The position numbers and the translations under genes are program-made. From Owenia fusiformis (Eukaryota): 64,000 bases of DNA. Location of the stretch: the NCBI GenBank assembly GCA_903813345.2, contig CAIIXF020000001.1, positions 8,928,001 to 8,992,000 of the forward strand. The letters run 5' to 3'. The notes under the pieces are model-generated. The model saw only the letters and a program-made list of their open reading frames with translations. It had not been told where the DNA came from and did not search any database. How positions within the stretch are numbered: position 1 is the first letter of the stretch; every line of letters begins with the position of its first letter. Positions 49,631-62,851 of this stretch are shown here, one piece after another.

Positions 49631-49750
49631 CACATAAAAACTTGGATTAATCAAACGTTATAGGATGCGCCTCACATAAAAAAAAAACAATATAGCGTCA
49701 CAGAGTGCATTATTTGAAAGGAATACCTTTTATAAAATTTCAAATATTAT

Positions 49751-50290
49751 CACTACTACCCACCTAGTTACACAGACGTATCGTCAGTGTATCATGGCTG
49801 AACTACTTCCGGGATTTGAATTTGGTAAGATATTTTTATTTCTCGATTTACATCTACTTATAAGTCACGATGTGGATTATAATTTGGCTCGAAGTTATGG
49901 GAGATAATCTAGTTTGAGAATGTGTCGATGGTTTTAGGTTTGGTATGTTAACGAAGACGCATTTCACATATTTAGTCCCTCGCTTTTGTTACACTGACGA
50001 CCGGCATTAATATTGCCAATATTACACTGATATTGGTCGTTCGTCAGTGTAACAAAAGCGAGGGACTAAATACCTGAATTGTGCCTTTGTTAACATATAA
50101 AACCTAAAACCATCGACACATTCTCAAACAAGACTATCTTCCTTAACTTCGAGGCAAATTATTATCCACAACGTGACTTATAAGTAGGTGTAAATCGGGA
50201 AATAAAAAAATCTTTCCGAAACCTAGTCCCGGAAGTAGTTCCGCCATGATACACTGACGATACGTCTGTGTAACTAGGTGGGTAGCAGTG
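49751..50290. mobile_element. Fold-back element, CACTACT/CACTGCT termini, 5-bp TSD ATTAT (Transib/RAG-like MITE)
   Basis: 540-bp palindrome; terminal 47 bp differ at one position; ATTAT at 49746-49750 and 50291-50295; internal repeated ACACTGACGA motifs. Confidence 0.88.
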
Positions 50291-53200
50291 ATTATACAGA
50301 ATATAGAACGAAGTTAAAAGAAACTTGTACTCCCCTAAAATAAAGTGTATGAATAGTACTCACAATTAGCAACGACCCAGGGACAATGACTACCACTCCA
50401 CATAAAACATTAACAATGATATTGAACTTCTTCACTACTTCTTCAGCATAGAATTTACTCAGAAATGAGTAATACATGTTATTCAAGTATAAATTAAATT
50501 ACCTCCTTCATATGTGACATATAATTTCACCCAGAAACTAGTTTTTCTAGCAATACCCGATATAAAGACAAAAGAGATATAGCCTGGGAGTAGCCATTTT
50601 GTCCCAAATTCTATCCAAAATGTCATGAATATGTACGCACGAGTGCCAAATGCGAAAGACCAAAAATGACAAAACATAGCAGGAAAATGAAATGGCTAAG
50701 ATCTCATTGCCAAATGGAAAGAAAATCCAACTATCTCAAATCAATATACAACGTGAAAGGAAAATGTATCTTACAACACTCACAACAATTCGTAAAAGTG
50801 CAATTCGCATGGCTTTGGCGACATAGAGTTTGTGCACAAATGAATAATGCCTGATTTGATAAAAAGTCACAAATTATAAAATGAAGTATGGCTTCCTAAA
50901 ACTCGAATGGAAAGATCGGAAACGAGAGATGTTGGATTGCTAAAAAAATTGAGAGAACCGGTCTTACAAAAAATTATTCGATGTCGTCTTTAAATCGGAG
51001 GCTCGTCTGAAAGATTGGATGTGTGCAACATTATAAATTTCTCCCAATTCCAATCGGGACTTTGCACGCGATGGGTGAGTTGATATGATTGATAGGGTCA
51101 CACCTTGGAACAACGATACATATCGTGAACACAGATGATAAAATATAGATAGTCAATGAAATAAAATATAAATGAGTACCTTTAATTTAGTATAATTCAC
51201 AATCTCGCCCTGCTGAATGAAATCGTCTCTAACGGTGTCACTCATCCATCACGAAGGTTGGTTTCTGGTTCTTATTAATGACAGTATGGCTCTCACTTAT
51301 AAATTTACATTTAGAATAGAACGAACATTTGTCAAGTTATGATCGAAACAAAAACTAAATCTTGTCTTCGCAAGGGACAGTTCAAAAAACTAAATTACTA
51401 TTTTGAATTTCACAAATCTTGCTCTACTGCATCAAATCGTCCTGAATATAGTCACTCGTCAACCACGAAAGTTGATTTCCGGTTTCTTAATAAATCATTC
51501 TAGCGTTCTCATTTATAAAACAATCGATAATTAAAACTGAAATATATTATAATGCATTCAATGTTTACTTTCTTACAACATTCCATGGTTATTTTATTGT
51601 GGGAGCACAGCATTGTGACACTATGATATTTGCGACGCATTTGACTGTGCCTTCTTTATTCCTCGATGCAAATCATCTAGTTTAAAAATGTAAACATTCC
51701 AATACCAAAATTAGATTAATTATTTAATTGATACATCCTTTATATTTTTATTTGATTACGTTTTGAATATCATTAACAATAATCCGTTGTTTGACCCTTG
51801 AAAACGCAAGAAATATTTCCGTGAATATATTGTTTCTATAAGTACAAAACTAATATGTTACTAATTATAGATTTTCTGAATATTTCGCATAATTTGGTCA
51901 CATCTGCTCTGTCTTATTTTTTTCTAAATAATAAAACGTTGAAAAGTACCCTAGTGCAATGCACTAATTGAAAAATGACATTTACGTTAAAATAGTATTA
52001 TATTTCTATGTAATCCTAATCCTTTAAATTATATATAAGTTTCGATTTACAATTTGAGTCTCATAAAATGCACTAAAATACTCATGAAAAGTTTCACGTT
52101 TTTTGACCTCTTGTGATGACAGACATAATGCGACCCGAAAGCCTTAATATTTTTTACCAAATGGCATTTTAAAAGCATAAGGACATATGCCCCTCCCTAA
52201 ATATCGGTTCAAATGTCGTTATGCATATATGGTGCCACGGGTTTGTAATATCTATGAGCCATACCATGGACTACATAGGGGAGTTTTTTGTATTGCTGTT
52301 GAACAAAAAAACTTAAAACGGAAATCCTATCGACAGAGGTTTTAAGGCAAATGGTCCAAAAGTAGATTTCGCGAGACAGATGGACAAATTAATGTTAACT
52401 AAAATGGCTGAAAATAAAAAAACAGATATAATTTCTTGCCGATTTTTTGTAACAAAATTAGTTCATACAACTACTCTTTAAATTGACATGGATTTTTACA
52501 ATGCAGGACACCTGAAATTATTAGTAAAGCTAGGAAATGGGTCAAAAGTGAATTTGGCGAGACAAAAATGGCGGCCATTTTGAAAATAGGCGAGCTTTTG
52601 AACCAGGAGTCATAGAGGAGTCTTCTGTATTGATGTTGAACAGAAATAACCTAAACAGGAATCCTATCGACAGAGGTTTTAAAACGTGCCACTATTGTTG
52701 AGAGAAAAGTGGATTTCGCGAGTCAGATGGACAAATCAATGTTAACTAAAATGGCTGAAAATAAAAAAAATGGATATAATGTTTCGCTGATTTTTGTAAC
52801 AAAATTATATCATACATTTACTCTTTACATAGACATGGATTTTTACAATGTTAGACACCTGAAATTATTTGTAAAGCTAGGAAATGGGTCAAAAGTGAAT
52901 TTTGCGAGACAAAAATGGCGGCCATTTTGAAAATAGGCGAGCTTTTGAACCACGAGTCATAGGGAAGTTTTCTGTATTGATGTTGAACAGAAATAAAACG
53001 GGAATCCTATCGACAGAGGTTTTAAAACGTGCCATTATTGTTGACGGACGGACGCACGCACAGACAGAGACAGACGGACAAGTGAGTGATTGGAAAAGCT
53101 CACCACGTGAGCTAACAAGAAAAAACTGGGTTTTTATAAAAATAGCGACTTAGACTAAAAAAACTTTGAATTTTACTAAAATATACATTTTACACTCATT

Positions 53201-54306
53201 CTTCAAAGAATATACATACCGTGTATGGGTTCCTGAGAAACTATGGTATAGAATTAAATATATAATATTACATTTTGATTAGCTCTTTCAATTTTAGAGC
53301 TTTCAATTTTAGGCTCGGTTTCAAATCTAAAAAAAATCTCAGGAAAGGGGGGGGGCGGTCGCCCCCAACGCCCTCCCCCTTCTGACGCCAATGTTTTATA
53401 CTATCCTGATTATTCTTTTTTATCCCGAATATTCTTTATAAAAATATAAAGGCCTACTAATTTCTGGACAACCAGAGACGGTCTTGCTGAATAAACAAAC
53501 CATTGGGCGTTCTTTTAGAGTGTTTTCAGTGCCTTTATATAAACACCCACCGGACAAACGTTTTACAAAACATGAAATCCAATGGAGTCCCAAATAATCA
53601 AAATTCCCGGGGATTTACCGGTTGACAATTTCGCGATTAATTTTCGCGATTTTATCACAATTGCGAAAAGCGCGAAAGTAAATCGCACGCGAAACATACC
53701 GACTCCTTCAAGTCATTGCATTCTAAATAGATCGATCTGAACAACATCGAGACAAAACAATATAACAATATTTGCAATTCTTCTGGGTACAATCCTGTTA
53801 ACTTGATTAAGCAGAATGTGTAATCGAAGATGATGGATCTCTACGAATAAACGAGATTTAATAATTTAATCCGTTGTCTTGGAAACGTCTATATTAAACA
53901 TCAAGTGGATTATCAGTTAATCCAACAATACGCACATACACCTGCATCCAAGAAACGCAAAGTATGGTTCTGACAAAATGTGTTTCACTGATTTGAATTT
54001 TCAGACAAGATCCATGTAAAGCATATGACAAATCTATGTTATGAATTAATCAATAAGAAATTAATATTGAAGACGGAGAGATGAAGTGCCCTTTAGTCTT
54101 GACTAACGATAGTCACTTAGCTAAATACTGTTCAGTGTATCACAGGCACTATAATACTCTTTGTAAATAGTAATAGGAAAGTATGTCAATATACACGAAT
54201 ATTATATTAGAGCGTAAATCAAATGAGAATTACATTATTAAGGAAATGTAATTTATCATTAAGGCAAGATAATTCTGTTGACAAATGTTTTTTCGATGCG
54301 ACAATT

Positions 54307-54837
54307 ATGGACGTGGAAGAAGAATCATACAACACATTTTCTAGTCCGTTCCTCTCCAAAAGTTTATCAATGGCTCTTAATGCTAGAAGGAAACGCCTAC
54401 GGGAAGATATAAGACAAAACTACAGGGACCAACTGTTGAATAGAGTCGACAATCTTTTGACAAAGCTTAATAAGGAACGTGGAGACCCCGGAGAACGTGA
54501 CCAACAAAAAGAGCAGGAAACCAATGATAACTCGGACGTTGAAAGCCAAGCCGATAGCGTCGGTCCAGCAGAGAGTGAAGTCACACTACCCATGTTAACA
54601 GATAGGGAAAATACAATGGTCAGTACAGGTGGAATGAAAGAGCAATGCAATAGTCAAGAACAATGCAAGAAATCTCCATCTTCGGCAGCAATTAAGGCTA
54701 GCACACCAAGCACGATGTATACTCCACGCAATGCGAGAACGTCACCACCCAAACCAAATTCAGCAACAACAAAATCTAGGCGACCTTCTACACAATCTCC
54801 TGGCTTTCCAAGAGAAAATATTGTCAACAACATGAAG
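54307..54837 (+). CDS. Probable first coding exon of the DCX-domain gene (coiled-coil then Ser/Thr/Pro-rich)
   Basis: 240-codon ORF (upstream ATG at 54223 also possible) ending at a phase-0 donor AAG|GTACAA (54837/54838), compatible with the phase-0 acceptor at 61050. Confidence 0.6.
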
Positions 54838-57199
54838 GTACAATACATTTGTGTTCTTACTTTTAATGCTCAGGTAGAAATAGTGATTACAAAGGTATCA
54901 ATGATCCCGGGGAATGATCCCTTAGAATGTGATAAAAAAACTTGAAAGCGCGTATATATAAAAAATGGCTAGTAATACAGAGTGACGCAAAATGGAACAC
55001 TCTAATTTTGATTATGATGGAATCTCCTTGAATTTCTGTCTGTTGGCTACGACTACGACGTAATCAAAGTTTCCGTCTGTCATGCTCCACTTCTTCGTCT
55101 TAATGTGTCAAATTCGCAGCTTTAAGACGTTTATGTCTTGAGATATCGCTATTTTTCTTTTCGAAAAATGATGCCCATATGTTCTAGAAAAAATCTTAGA
55201 TGCTGCTAGAACAGAGTTTGCTAACCCGTGTCGATGAACTTATGATTTGACATTAACGGTCATTGGGGGTATTGCGATTGCGAAGGATAATCATTTGAGT
55301 CAAAAGCAGTCCTGAGTGATTTGGAACTTACGCAGTATTCGTGTTCTGCCATATAATCGACAACAAAAAAGAAATAGATTTCGAACATTTAGAAATGACC
55401 CGTGCATGTCATAATAAACCATTCTTTCACTTGAATATGTCAATTCCAGAGATAATATATTATCATGAAATTCGATGGCACATTTAAAAGAAGCAAATAA
55501 CAATAAGAAAATATAGATGAACAACCGACGGTAAATTGCTCTGTTGTGGCAGCACATCACATTTAAAGCTGACTAAGATAAGATACGTTAATGGAATACG
55601 AGACAATGTGTGAATTGAGTACAAATATGAGAATTGATCGTTTTGAAAATCCACTTTCTGGGATTTAGGGCGATTTGGGGCATAAATCTAGGCAATACAT
55701 GATTTTTCTAAAATGTCTTTAATGCAATGCAAGCACATCTATGTTGCTCTATTTAACATTCACTCTAATTTTAAAAAAACGTAGAAAACTGAGGCCACAT
55801 GGGTATTGCAAAATTAGAGCTATATGCATTTTGACATATTTCACATTATATGAAAGATCCTTTTCATTTTTATCATAAGTGTTTCTACTTTATAAATTGA
55901 CAATGTGTCTCCAAAATTGTGTTCCTTGGGATATAAACCATTTTGGTTGAAACATCTATTCCTAAGGTGGTCGTGAACAGGATAATAAACTGACCAAACA
56001 TACAAGTACGTACAAGTACAATCGAATCATTGTGATCAATGCAGTGCTTACATAAACTATATTCTAAAATGTACCTGCATCATAACATCATAAAAGTCAT
56101 GTGGTGTTGCTTAGCACAATGGCAGTAACAACCGGAGGCAGAGACATCCTTCTTTTATTGTCGTAAAAATCATTGAAATCGTCTTCCGTTTATAATCTGG
56201 AACAAGCAGAAATATCGATCGTAGGAAAACACTTGAAATATTAGAGTTGCCTTTAGAGATAAATAACAACTAAATATTGTTTCTCATATACTATAGTAGT
56301 ATAATACTCGATAAGTTGACAAATACATGCAGTGAGAAATATTCACGCAAAACATTATTTTTTAGATATCCAATGTCTTCATGGTGTATAAAATGTGTGA
56401 AGATATGAAAGTTACACTATAATTATCAGAGTGCCTTCAAACTATGACTTAGTACATTTTAAAAATATAATATTATATCTAAGCACAATGGCCAAAGGGA
56501 AATAACAGTAACGCTGAAACAAAACACTGATAACCATAACCGATCATAATAATCCCTTATACAATACATCCAAACCAATGATCTACCACACAAAGTGTCG
56601 AGTGGCCATTGGACTTTGTGGGACCTCACGGGAAAAGTCTAATAGGAGCAAAGGTCCTACGTAGATTCAAAACATGACGTTTTGCATCATAATTTACTAA
56701 TATTTCATACATTAATCATAAAAGTAATTGGCATCTGGCATCCATGCGAGAGTACACAGTCATATATGGCGAAGTTACGCCCCTATCTTGTCACGAAAAC
56801 AAATTTTAATCAAAATTTACTTCGTTGGATAACTTGTCCCATTTGGCCAACTCATTTCAGACCTACATTTTTGGCAATATTATAAAGCTTAAATCGGTGG
56901 AATTAGATTGCTGATATCATGAAATATCTCACATAACATAAAACTTCGTATCATTCCTCCCTTCTTAAACATTTGTTTGTCCACTAACAAAAACAACACA
57001 ACATTATCAACATAGTTAATTGGTTAATAAAAGTAGATAAACAATGATTATATGGTCCATTAAGTCATATAGTTGACCTCATGGGTCAGTACATTTATTT
57101 CGCTTCACATAAAGTTGTCAATTTCTTCGTTCCAGGGATTTGACACTCGATCCTTTTTCCATGGCCACTGCAGACACTTCTCAAAGTATATTTGAGCCA

Positions 57200-58010
57200 A
57201 TTATAGCAAGACCATCACAGGCCATCATCACTGAAAAGCAATTATTTATTAAGGATTGGTATCGATATGGTGAACTGAATTCAACAATGTTTTTCTCCAA
57301 AAAAACATGGTCCTTTATGTAATTTTGACTGAGTGACAACAATTTAATGCGAAAATTATTTATATATATTTTGTATAACTGTTTTTGTTAACATTTTTTG
57401 TTTTTAGTGCTATTATTGATTTTTGTTCCTTTTTACCAATTCTTGAGAATAAAATAAAATATCTTTCCGAAGCTTGTTGGAACATACAAGCATATACAAT
57501 AGCATATACAACATTTTCTTAGACCTATCAATGTATATAGTTATACAAAGGAAATTTTGGTTGATTTAACAAAAAGTATTCAAAAATTAAAACAAAAACT
57601 CCAAAATGGATAAAAAACTTTTATATAATTAACAAAATGATTTTTTAATCAATCAAACCTTCCTTGGTACAATTACAATATTGAGAGACCTAAACACGTT
57701 GTGTTTATGTCCTTTTATTCCAATGAGGTTCGGAGAGATGTTTCATTTCATTCCGAACATGATACAAAGAACAAAAGAAGTGTCTGGTGTGTTTTCTAAA
57801 ACAGTTTAGAGAAAAGTATATATGTTTATTTCAAATTGTATTGTTACCATTCAAAAGATGACCATTAAATTGACGATGTGTTAAATTTTCAGATTTTTTT
57901 TGATGATTGGTTTAAGAGAAACGTGTGTTCAAAAAGTTCACCATATCTATACCCATCTTTTGCAACTTTTTCACTTTTAGACATGATAGTCGGGACATGT
58001 TAAATTCTAT
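57200..58010. mobile_element. Old degenerate fold-back element
   Basis: Symmetric inverted matches about 57606, e.g. GATATGGTGAACT (57264) / AGTTCACCATATC (57935) and GGTTGATTTAA / TTAATCAATC. Boundaries are approximate. Confidence 0.55.
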
Positions 58011-61000
58011 GCTTTCTACAGGCACAGTTAAGAGTCCGGTGTAGATTTTGGATTTCCATAAAATTAAATTTTAAAGTTAATAAAGTTCAATTGTTCTTTC
58101 GAAATGGCGATTTTTGAAGCTGCTGTTAGGTAGAAGAACAGAAAGAGAGTCCATTTTGTGTCATTTTGCATTTCTGTGGAACGGAATTTCTAATTGAATG
58201 TATTGATTGTTCTCTGTTGCTGTCGATATAAATTTACAAGATGACATTTAACACAAATGGTAATAGTATCCCATTGGCAAGTGCAATGTGATATTAACCG
58301 TTTGTAGAATCATGCCAAGTCGCTCAAATTTTATTATTTCAATCGGAAGTCCTTCAGCCAAAATAGTGCTGACTTAAATGGAATAGCTATTTTGGGCATT
58401 CGTAAAAGGCTTACAATCATGTTCAATGTGAATAAACAAATGGTCGAAAATGATGACGTAACCACTGGACGTAACTGTTGTTATTAAAGTACTTTTTAGT
58501 TTCCTATTGTTTTTGTTGAGATGAATTTTTAATTTAGAGAATCCATGGTGAATATTCACAAGACGAACGTCTATTCTAATGTATTTCTCGGTTGTTGTCA
58601 AAGATTATCGCCGGTAGAGCCATATTGATTTTGATTTTGGTGTTCTTAGGATGACAATAACACATTTTTATTTCACGAAAATCTGACCTACAAGTACTAC
58701 TGTGATCCGACTTTGGAGTTTCCCAATGGCGTAATATTTTATTGAAATAGATTTATTGTTCCAAATAATACTGTCATTCCTCCGAGACATACAAAAGTAG
58801 CTTTGTTTGGTCTATATATAAAAAGATGGGACGTGCTGGTATGTTCAACCTAAGAAAAGGTATTACCATATATGTATTTTCACTTGGTAAAGATGGCACC
58901 AAAGCCGTAAATGATCTTATTGAACGTCAGGTAACCTGAAGTTAAGAATGTTTACATTAATATCAACATTTTTCATTGTAACATAACAAATTTTTCAAGT
59001 AATGCACTGTGTGCAATAACACATTCAGTATCATGTTATCAAGTTATATCACTATTTGAAAGAAAGATAAGCACAAGTGTCCCTAGTAGTTGTGGTATGA
59101 CACCAGAAATGACAACGATAAATAAAAACGATACAACGCGAAAAGCTTTGAGAAATTTCAATACATTTCATATCAGGTACGTAAAGTGATACAGCAACGT
59201 GAAAAGCTTCGAGAAATTTCAACCAGTTCGAAACCATAGCAACGTATCAAGTGTTTTCTTGTAATTACTAGTGATAAATCTATAAGCACTTCAGCACTTA
59301 TCCGTAGTCGTATAAAATACATTTGTTGGCTTAGTCGTATGCAATCCCAGGTCAATAGAACATCGAGCGTTTCTATTGTATTCGATCTGTTTGCGGCTAA
59401 GTTCTATAAGACTGGAATTCTCATATGTTTTTTTAATATGTGGTGGTGCCAACAATTATAGTATGGAACTGACAAGCGTTCAATTTAGTCAGCGTCGGTT
59501 AGGGAGCAATAAAGTGAAAGGGAAATGCAATTTATTTTACCGACAGTAATTGTCAGATTGTTATGTATCTCCAATGACGATAACTTACTATCACAACAGT
59601 TTAGTAGAATATTTGATGGCCATCAAAAACTGGAGGCATAATTATTGAAATGGATTATTATGATTATGTAAGTATACTCATTGAGCTTACTCATTGCCTG
59701 TGCTGTGGGGGAATATCAGTTTGCTGAGTCGCATGTCTCATTGGGGGTAAATTATGTATTCAATAAATAAGCGATATAGTCTAATATATTCATTTTGATG
59801 TATTATAGTGCACAGCTCTGTGGTTTCATTGTTGTGCAGAAGGGAACCAATCAACACTAGAATACATAATTTGAAATCGAAAAAAACATAATAGTTACGA
59901 GTAATAGCATGACAATTGATTTTCATAGGTTCATAGGGCATACCATACACCCCATGGCATCAGGTACTCAAATCAATACACCAACTGCTACGTCGGTTCA
60001 CAACATACATATAGTTCAATGTGTATCAGAATTTTTTTAAATATAAACTATCAACTGATTTTCCTCCTGTTTTCCATATGAAATGAAATGTTCTATGACA
60101 AGCATGGCCGTATATTATGTGACATGTGTTGGTTATAGTGGGGCGGGTCGCGTCGCGTGGCCTCTTCCATTTTCGCAATTTGTGTATATGTGGATTTTTA
60201 AGTACACACGGATCAATTTGAATGGCCTTTTCATGAATGATAAATCCCAGTGATTTGTCAAAGAATACGAAGGTTATTTTTTGTTTAAACAAATAAAATG
60301 AATTGATTTTTTATACTTAGCAAAGAAAGTTTCTTGGCCTTTTAAAATCGAAGAGTTTGTTGTTATTTGTTTTCTAAAATAGATGTGATTCAACAAATGC
60401 TTAGGTCTATCACAACGGGGATTGATTGTTTTACAACTTGGACAAACATGGGTATTTTAAGGTTTAAAACTACGCACTCTATTAAGACTGTTACAAGTTC
60501 CTGATAAGTTTTGCAAACACATCGAGTACATTAACATAGAATTCACGTGAAAATACAGCATTGTTACTAAATCTAAGATGCTTTAACAAAGTATTCAAAG
60601 GATTACATGCGTTATAAAATAAGATAAAGTTGATCAAATGACAATCCAAAAACTAACTAATCAAACTGGATCACGACGGATATATACACGCAATGTATCA
60701 AATTGCAGAAATTGTAAGTAATAGGGCAATCCATACATTTTTTAGGAAATAGGGACGAGCGAGAATAACATTTTTTCAACAAGTATCATTTCACTTTCTC
60801 ATTAATTATTCAAAAGGATATCCATATTCTGTTTCTGCCCTCCATAAAAATACGAAGTGCAGAGTTAATAACATATACCATCGTGATAGGCGTACATTAA
60901 TCTATTTCAGTTAATTTTATTGGAAAGTCTTTGTGATGTAATACAATGTAAGGGAGACGTTCGACGTTTTCATTTGCGTGACTCTGCCACACTTAATTGA

Positions 61001-61049
61001 TTAAGCAATTGTATAAATTGCTTGTAAAAAGTCATATCTTTAATTTCAG

Positions 61050-62009
61050 GATGGACCCCACAGAGCACATACACAACAAGGAAATGGCTATAGACAAGGC
61101 TATCCAACTGGGAATCGATATGACAATGGTGCATATGATAACCCGGACACTTATCAAGGCTTGAGATATCCAAGTGGAGGTTCAATGGATCATGACGATG
61201 AGCCAGATACGTTGGGTAGAACTAAATTGGGCAAAAGGGGAAAACTGGTAACGTTTTACAGAAATGGTGACAATAACTTCAAGGGTTTTCAAACATCTAT
61301 AAACAGTAAGATTCGTAGTCTTGAGACTCTTTTGGTCGATTTAACGAGCAAGATTCCAACTACGACAGGTATACGCTATATATTCACTTGGCCAGATTGC
61401 AAAGAAGTTAGAGACCTTAGTGAGTTTGAAGGAGGTCGGTCGTATATAGCGTCGTGTGTTAAGAAGGTCAATAAAACCATCAATTATGGATCCGTAAGCA
61501 GAGAGCAGTTTTGGCAGACTAAAAAACCGTCCGCGGGAAGACATAGAGAAGATGATAAAAGATTTCTTTATAACATTAAACCCAAACAAGTTAATAGGCC
61601 ACCTGTGTTAAGTAGAATGAGCGCTGGTATTGCGGCCGCAAATGAAACTCCAAGAGAAACCGATACGTCTGACACATTCAACACTTGGCCCAGGAGTCAG
61701 AACATGAAAGCCAAAAATCGTAAATCCCGAAATTTCCAAGATGATGATAGCGTGGCAATGGACTATGAAGATACAAATACCAGACGTTCTGGCAGCAATG
61801 GTGATATAACTAGCCCTAATCAAAAACCGACACCAGGTAAAGTCCTTACTGTGGTAAACAATCTAAATAGGCAGATTGAGGAGAAAGTTATGTTTAATCC
61901 AGGTACAACACAAGAATTTGAGGAGATCATGGAAGACATTAGTGATATGATGAAGATACCACAAGGAGCGTTCACTGGCTTATTTGCTGGGACTCATCCG
62001 TTTAAGAAA
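61050..62009 (+). CDS. Exon encoding tandem doublecortin (DCX) domains; DCX-EMAP-like microtubule-associated protein (partial, continues beyond window)
   Basis: TTTCAG acceptor at 61049, open phase-0 frame, AAA|GTAAGT donor at 62009/62010. DCX1: VTFYRNGDNNFKG..SLETLLVDLT..GIRYIFT..VRDLSEFEGGRSYIAS. DCX2 starts at KVLTVVNN..KVMFNPGTTQEFEEIMEDIS. Confidence 0.8.
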
Positions 62010-62556
62010 GTAAGTAGAAAAGGCGGAGATGTGTTATACATGGATGTAGGGCTTTCAGCAATTAAAAATAATTTTTTAAAACGTCATGAGAAAGCCGTTT
62101 TTATTTGTCAGGTTATGTTGGTTAATTACATGTCATTCAGTGTATATAAATTGTTTGTCTGTTTATGTTTTTCCTGTGGTAGATTGATATATCTTGAAGG
62201 CCGTAAAGAAATATTTTGAGACCACCAAAAATATGTGTCAGGCAACACTAAATTACGTGTAAGGTAACAATTAATCAAAGAAGTCGTTTTAAACTACTTG
62301 TTTGTCAAAGTGACTCGACAAAGTCAACATATTTATTTGACATCCTGTAGTCTTGACCTTTGCAGCAAATTCAGCAACATATGTATTTCTAGAATCTTTT
62401 CCTCTTGGAAATCTAGAATCATTTCTTTGAGACCCATTGCTTGAAATCTATAATTTCTTCCTCGTGGAATACACATGATCAATTAATGGAAGAGAAAAAT
62501 ATAATGAATGTGAAGTTCAGGACAACACCTAACTTAGGTGTAATTTACGTGCAATT

Positions 62557-62720
62557 GACGGCGTTTAAAGTAACTTTTGACGGCGTTAAAAATAACTAAC
62601 GGCGTCCAAAATAATTGTAGACGGCATGCAAAGTAAGTTTTTATGGCGTTTAAACTAATGCTAGGCAGCGTTCAAAATTCTCTATTGCGTAAAAGGTTTA
62701 TTTTACGGCGTTCAAAGTAT
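62557..62720. repeat. Degenerate about 21-23 bp tandem repeat with ACGGCGT core
   Basis: About 7-8 units such as GACGGCGTTTAAAGTAACTTTT. Confidence 0.7.
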
Positions 62721-62821
62721 GACAATACATTGGTCCTGATATACACGGTGTATAAGCCAAACGCTCCTACATGCACGACGGAGCGTTTCATTTACGCGGA
62801 AACGCTCCGGAGCGAAATAAA

Positions 62822-62851
62822 ATGGCGGCTAATGAAGATTCCACTATGACC
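62822..62851 (+). CDS. Candidate alternative first coding exon (MAANEDSTMT)
   Basis: AAAATGGCGGC (YY1 motif overlapping ATG), 10 codons, then phase-0 GTAAGT donor at 62852; CpG-richer upstream sequence. Confidence 0.5.

Larger units (their letters stand above)
46638..52273. mobile_element. Non-autonomous DNA transposon, TAG...CTA termini, long imperfect TIRs, 4-bp TSD CATA (Academ-like)
   Basis: Left TAGTCCACGGTATG..GTGGCACCATATCTGCATAATGATATTTGA versus right (reverse complement) TAGTCCATGGTATG..GTGGCACCATATATGCATAACGACATTTGA; similarity extends at least 200 bp. CATA at 46634-46637 and 52274-52277. The empty site GAGTCATAG is seen in sister repeats at about 52607 and 52955. Confidence 0.8.
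45617..53115 (-). mobile_element. Helentron/HINE-like element interrupted by a 5.6 kb insertion
   Basis: SubTIR GCTCACATGGT (45636-45646) and ACCACGTGAGC (53102-53112); (GACG/GACA)n microsatellite at 53043-53079; about 350-bp internal tandem units on both sides of the insertion (46080-46637, 52274-53040). Confidence 0.75.

Noticed and set aside
54978-58165. Possible 3.2 kb Tc1-like element (CAGAGTGACGCAAAATGG / CCATTTTGTGTCATTTTG)
   Set aside because: The end match is short and degenerate and no transposase remnant was seen; not supportable without alignment.
62010-62219. C-terminal hydrophobic part of the 352-aa ORF
   Set aside because: It follows a strong GTAAGT donor and is most likely intron read-through.
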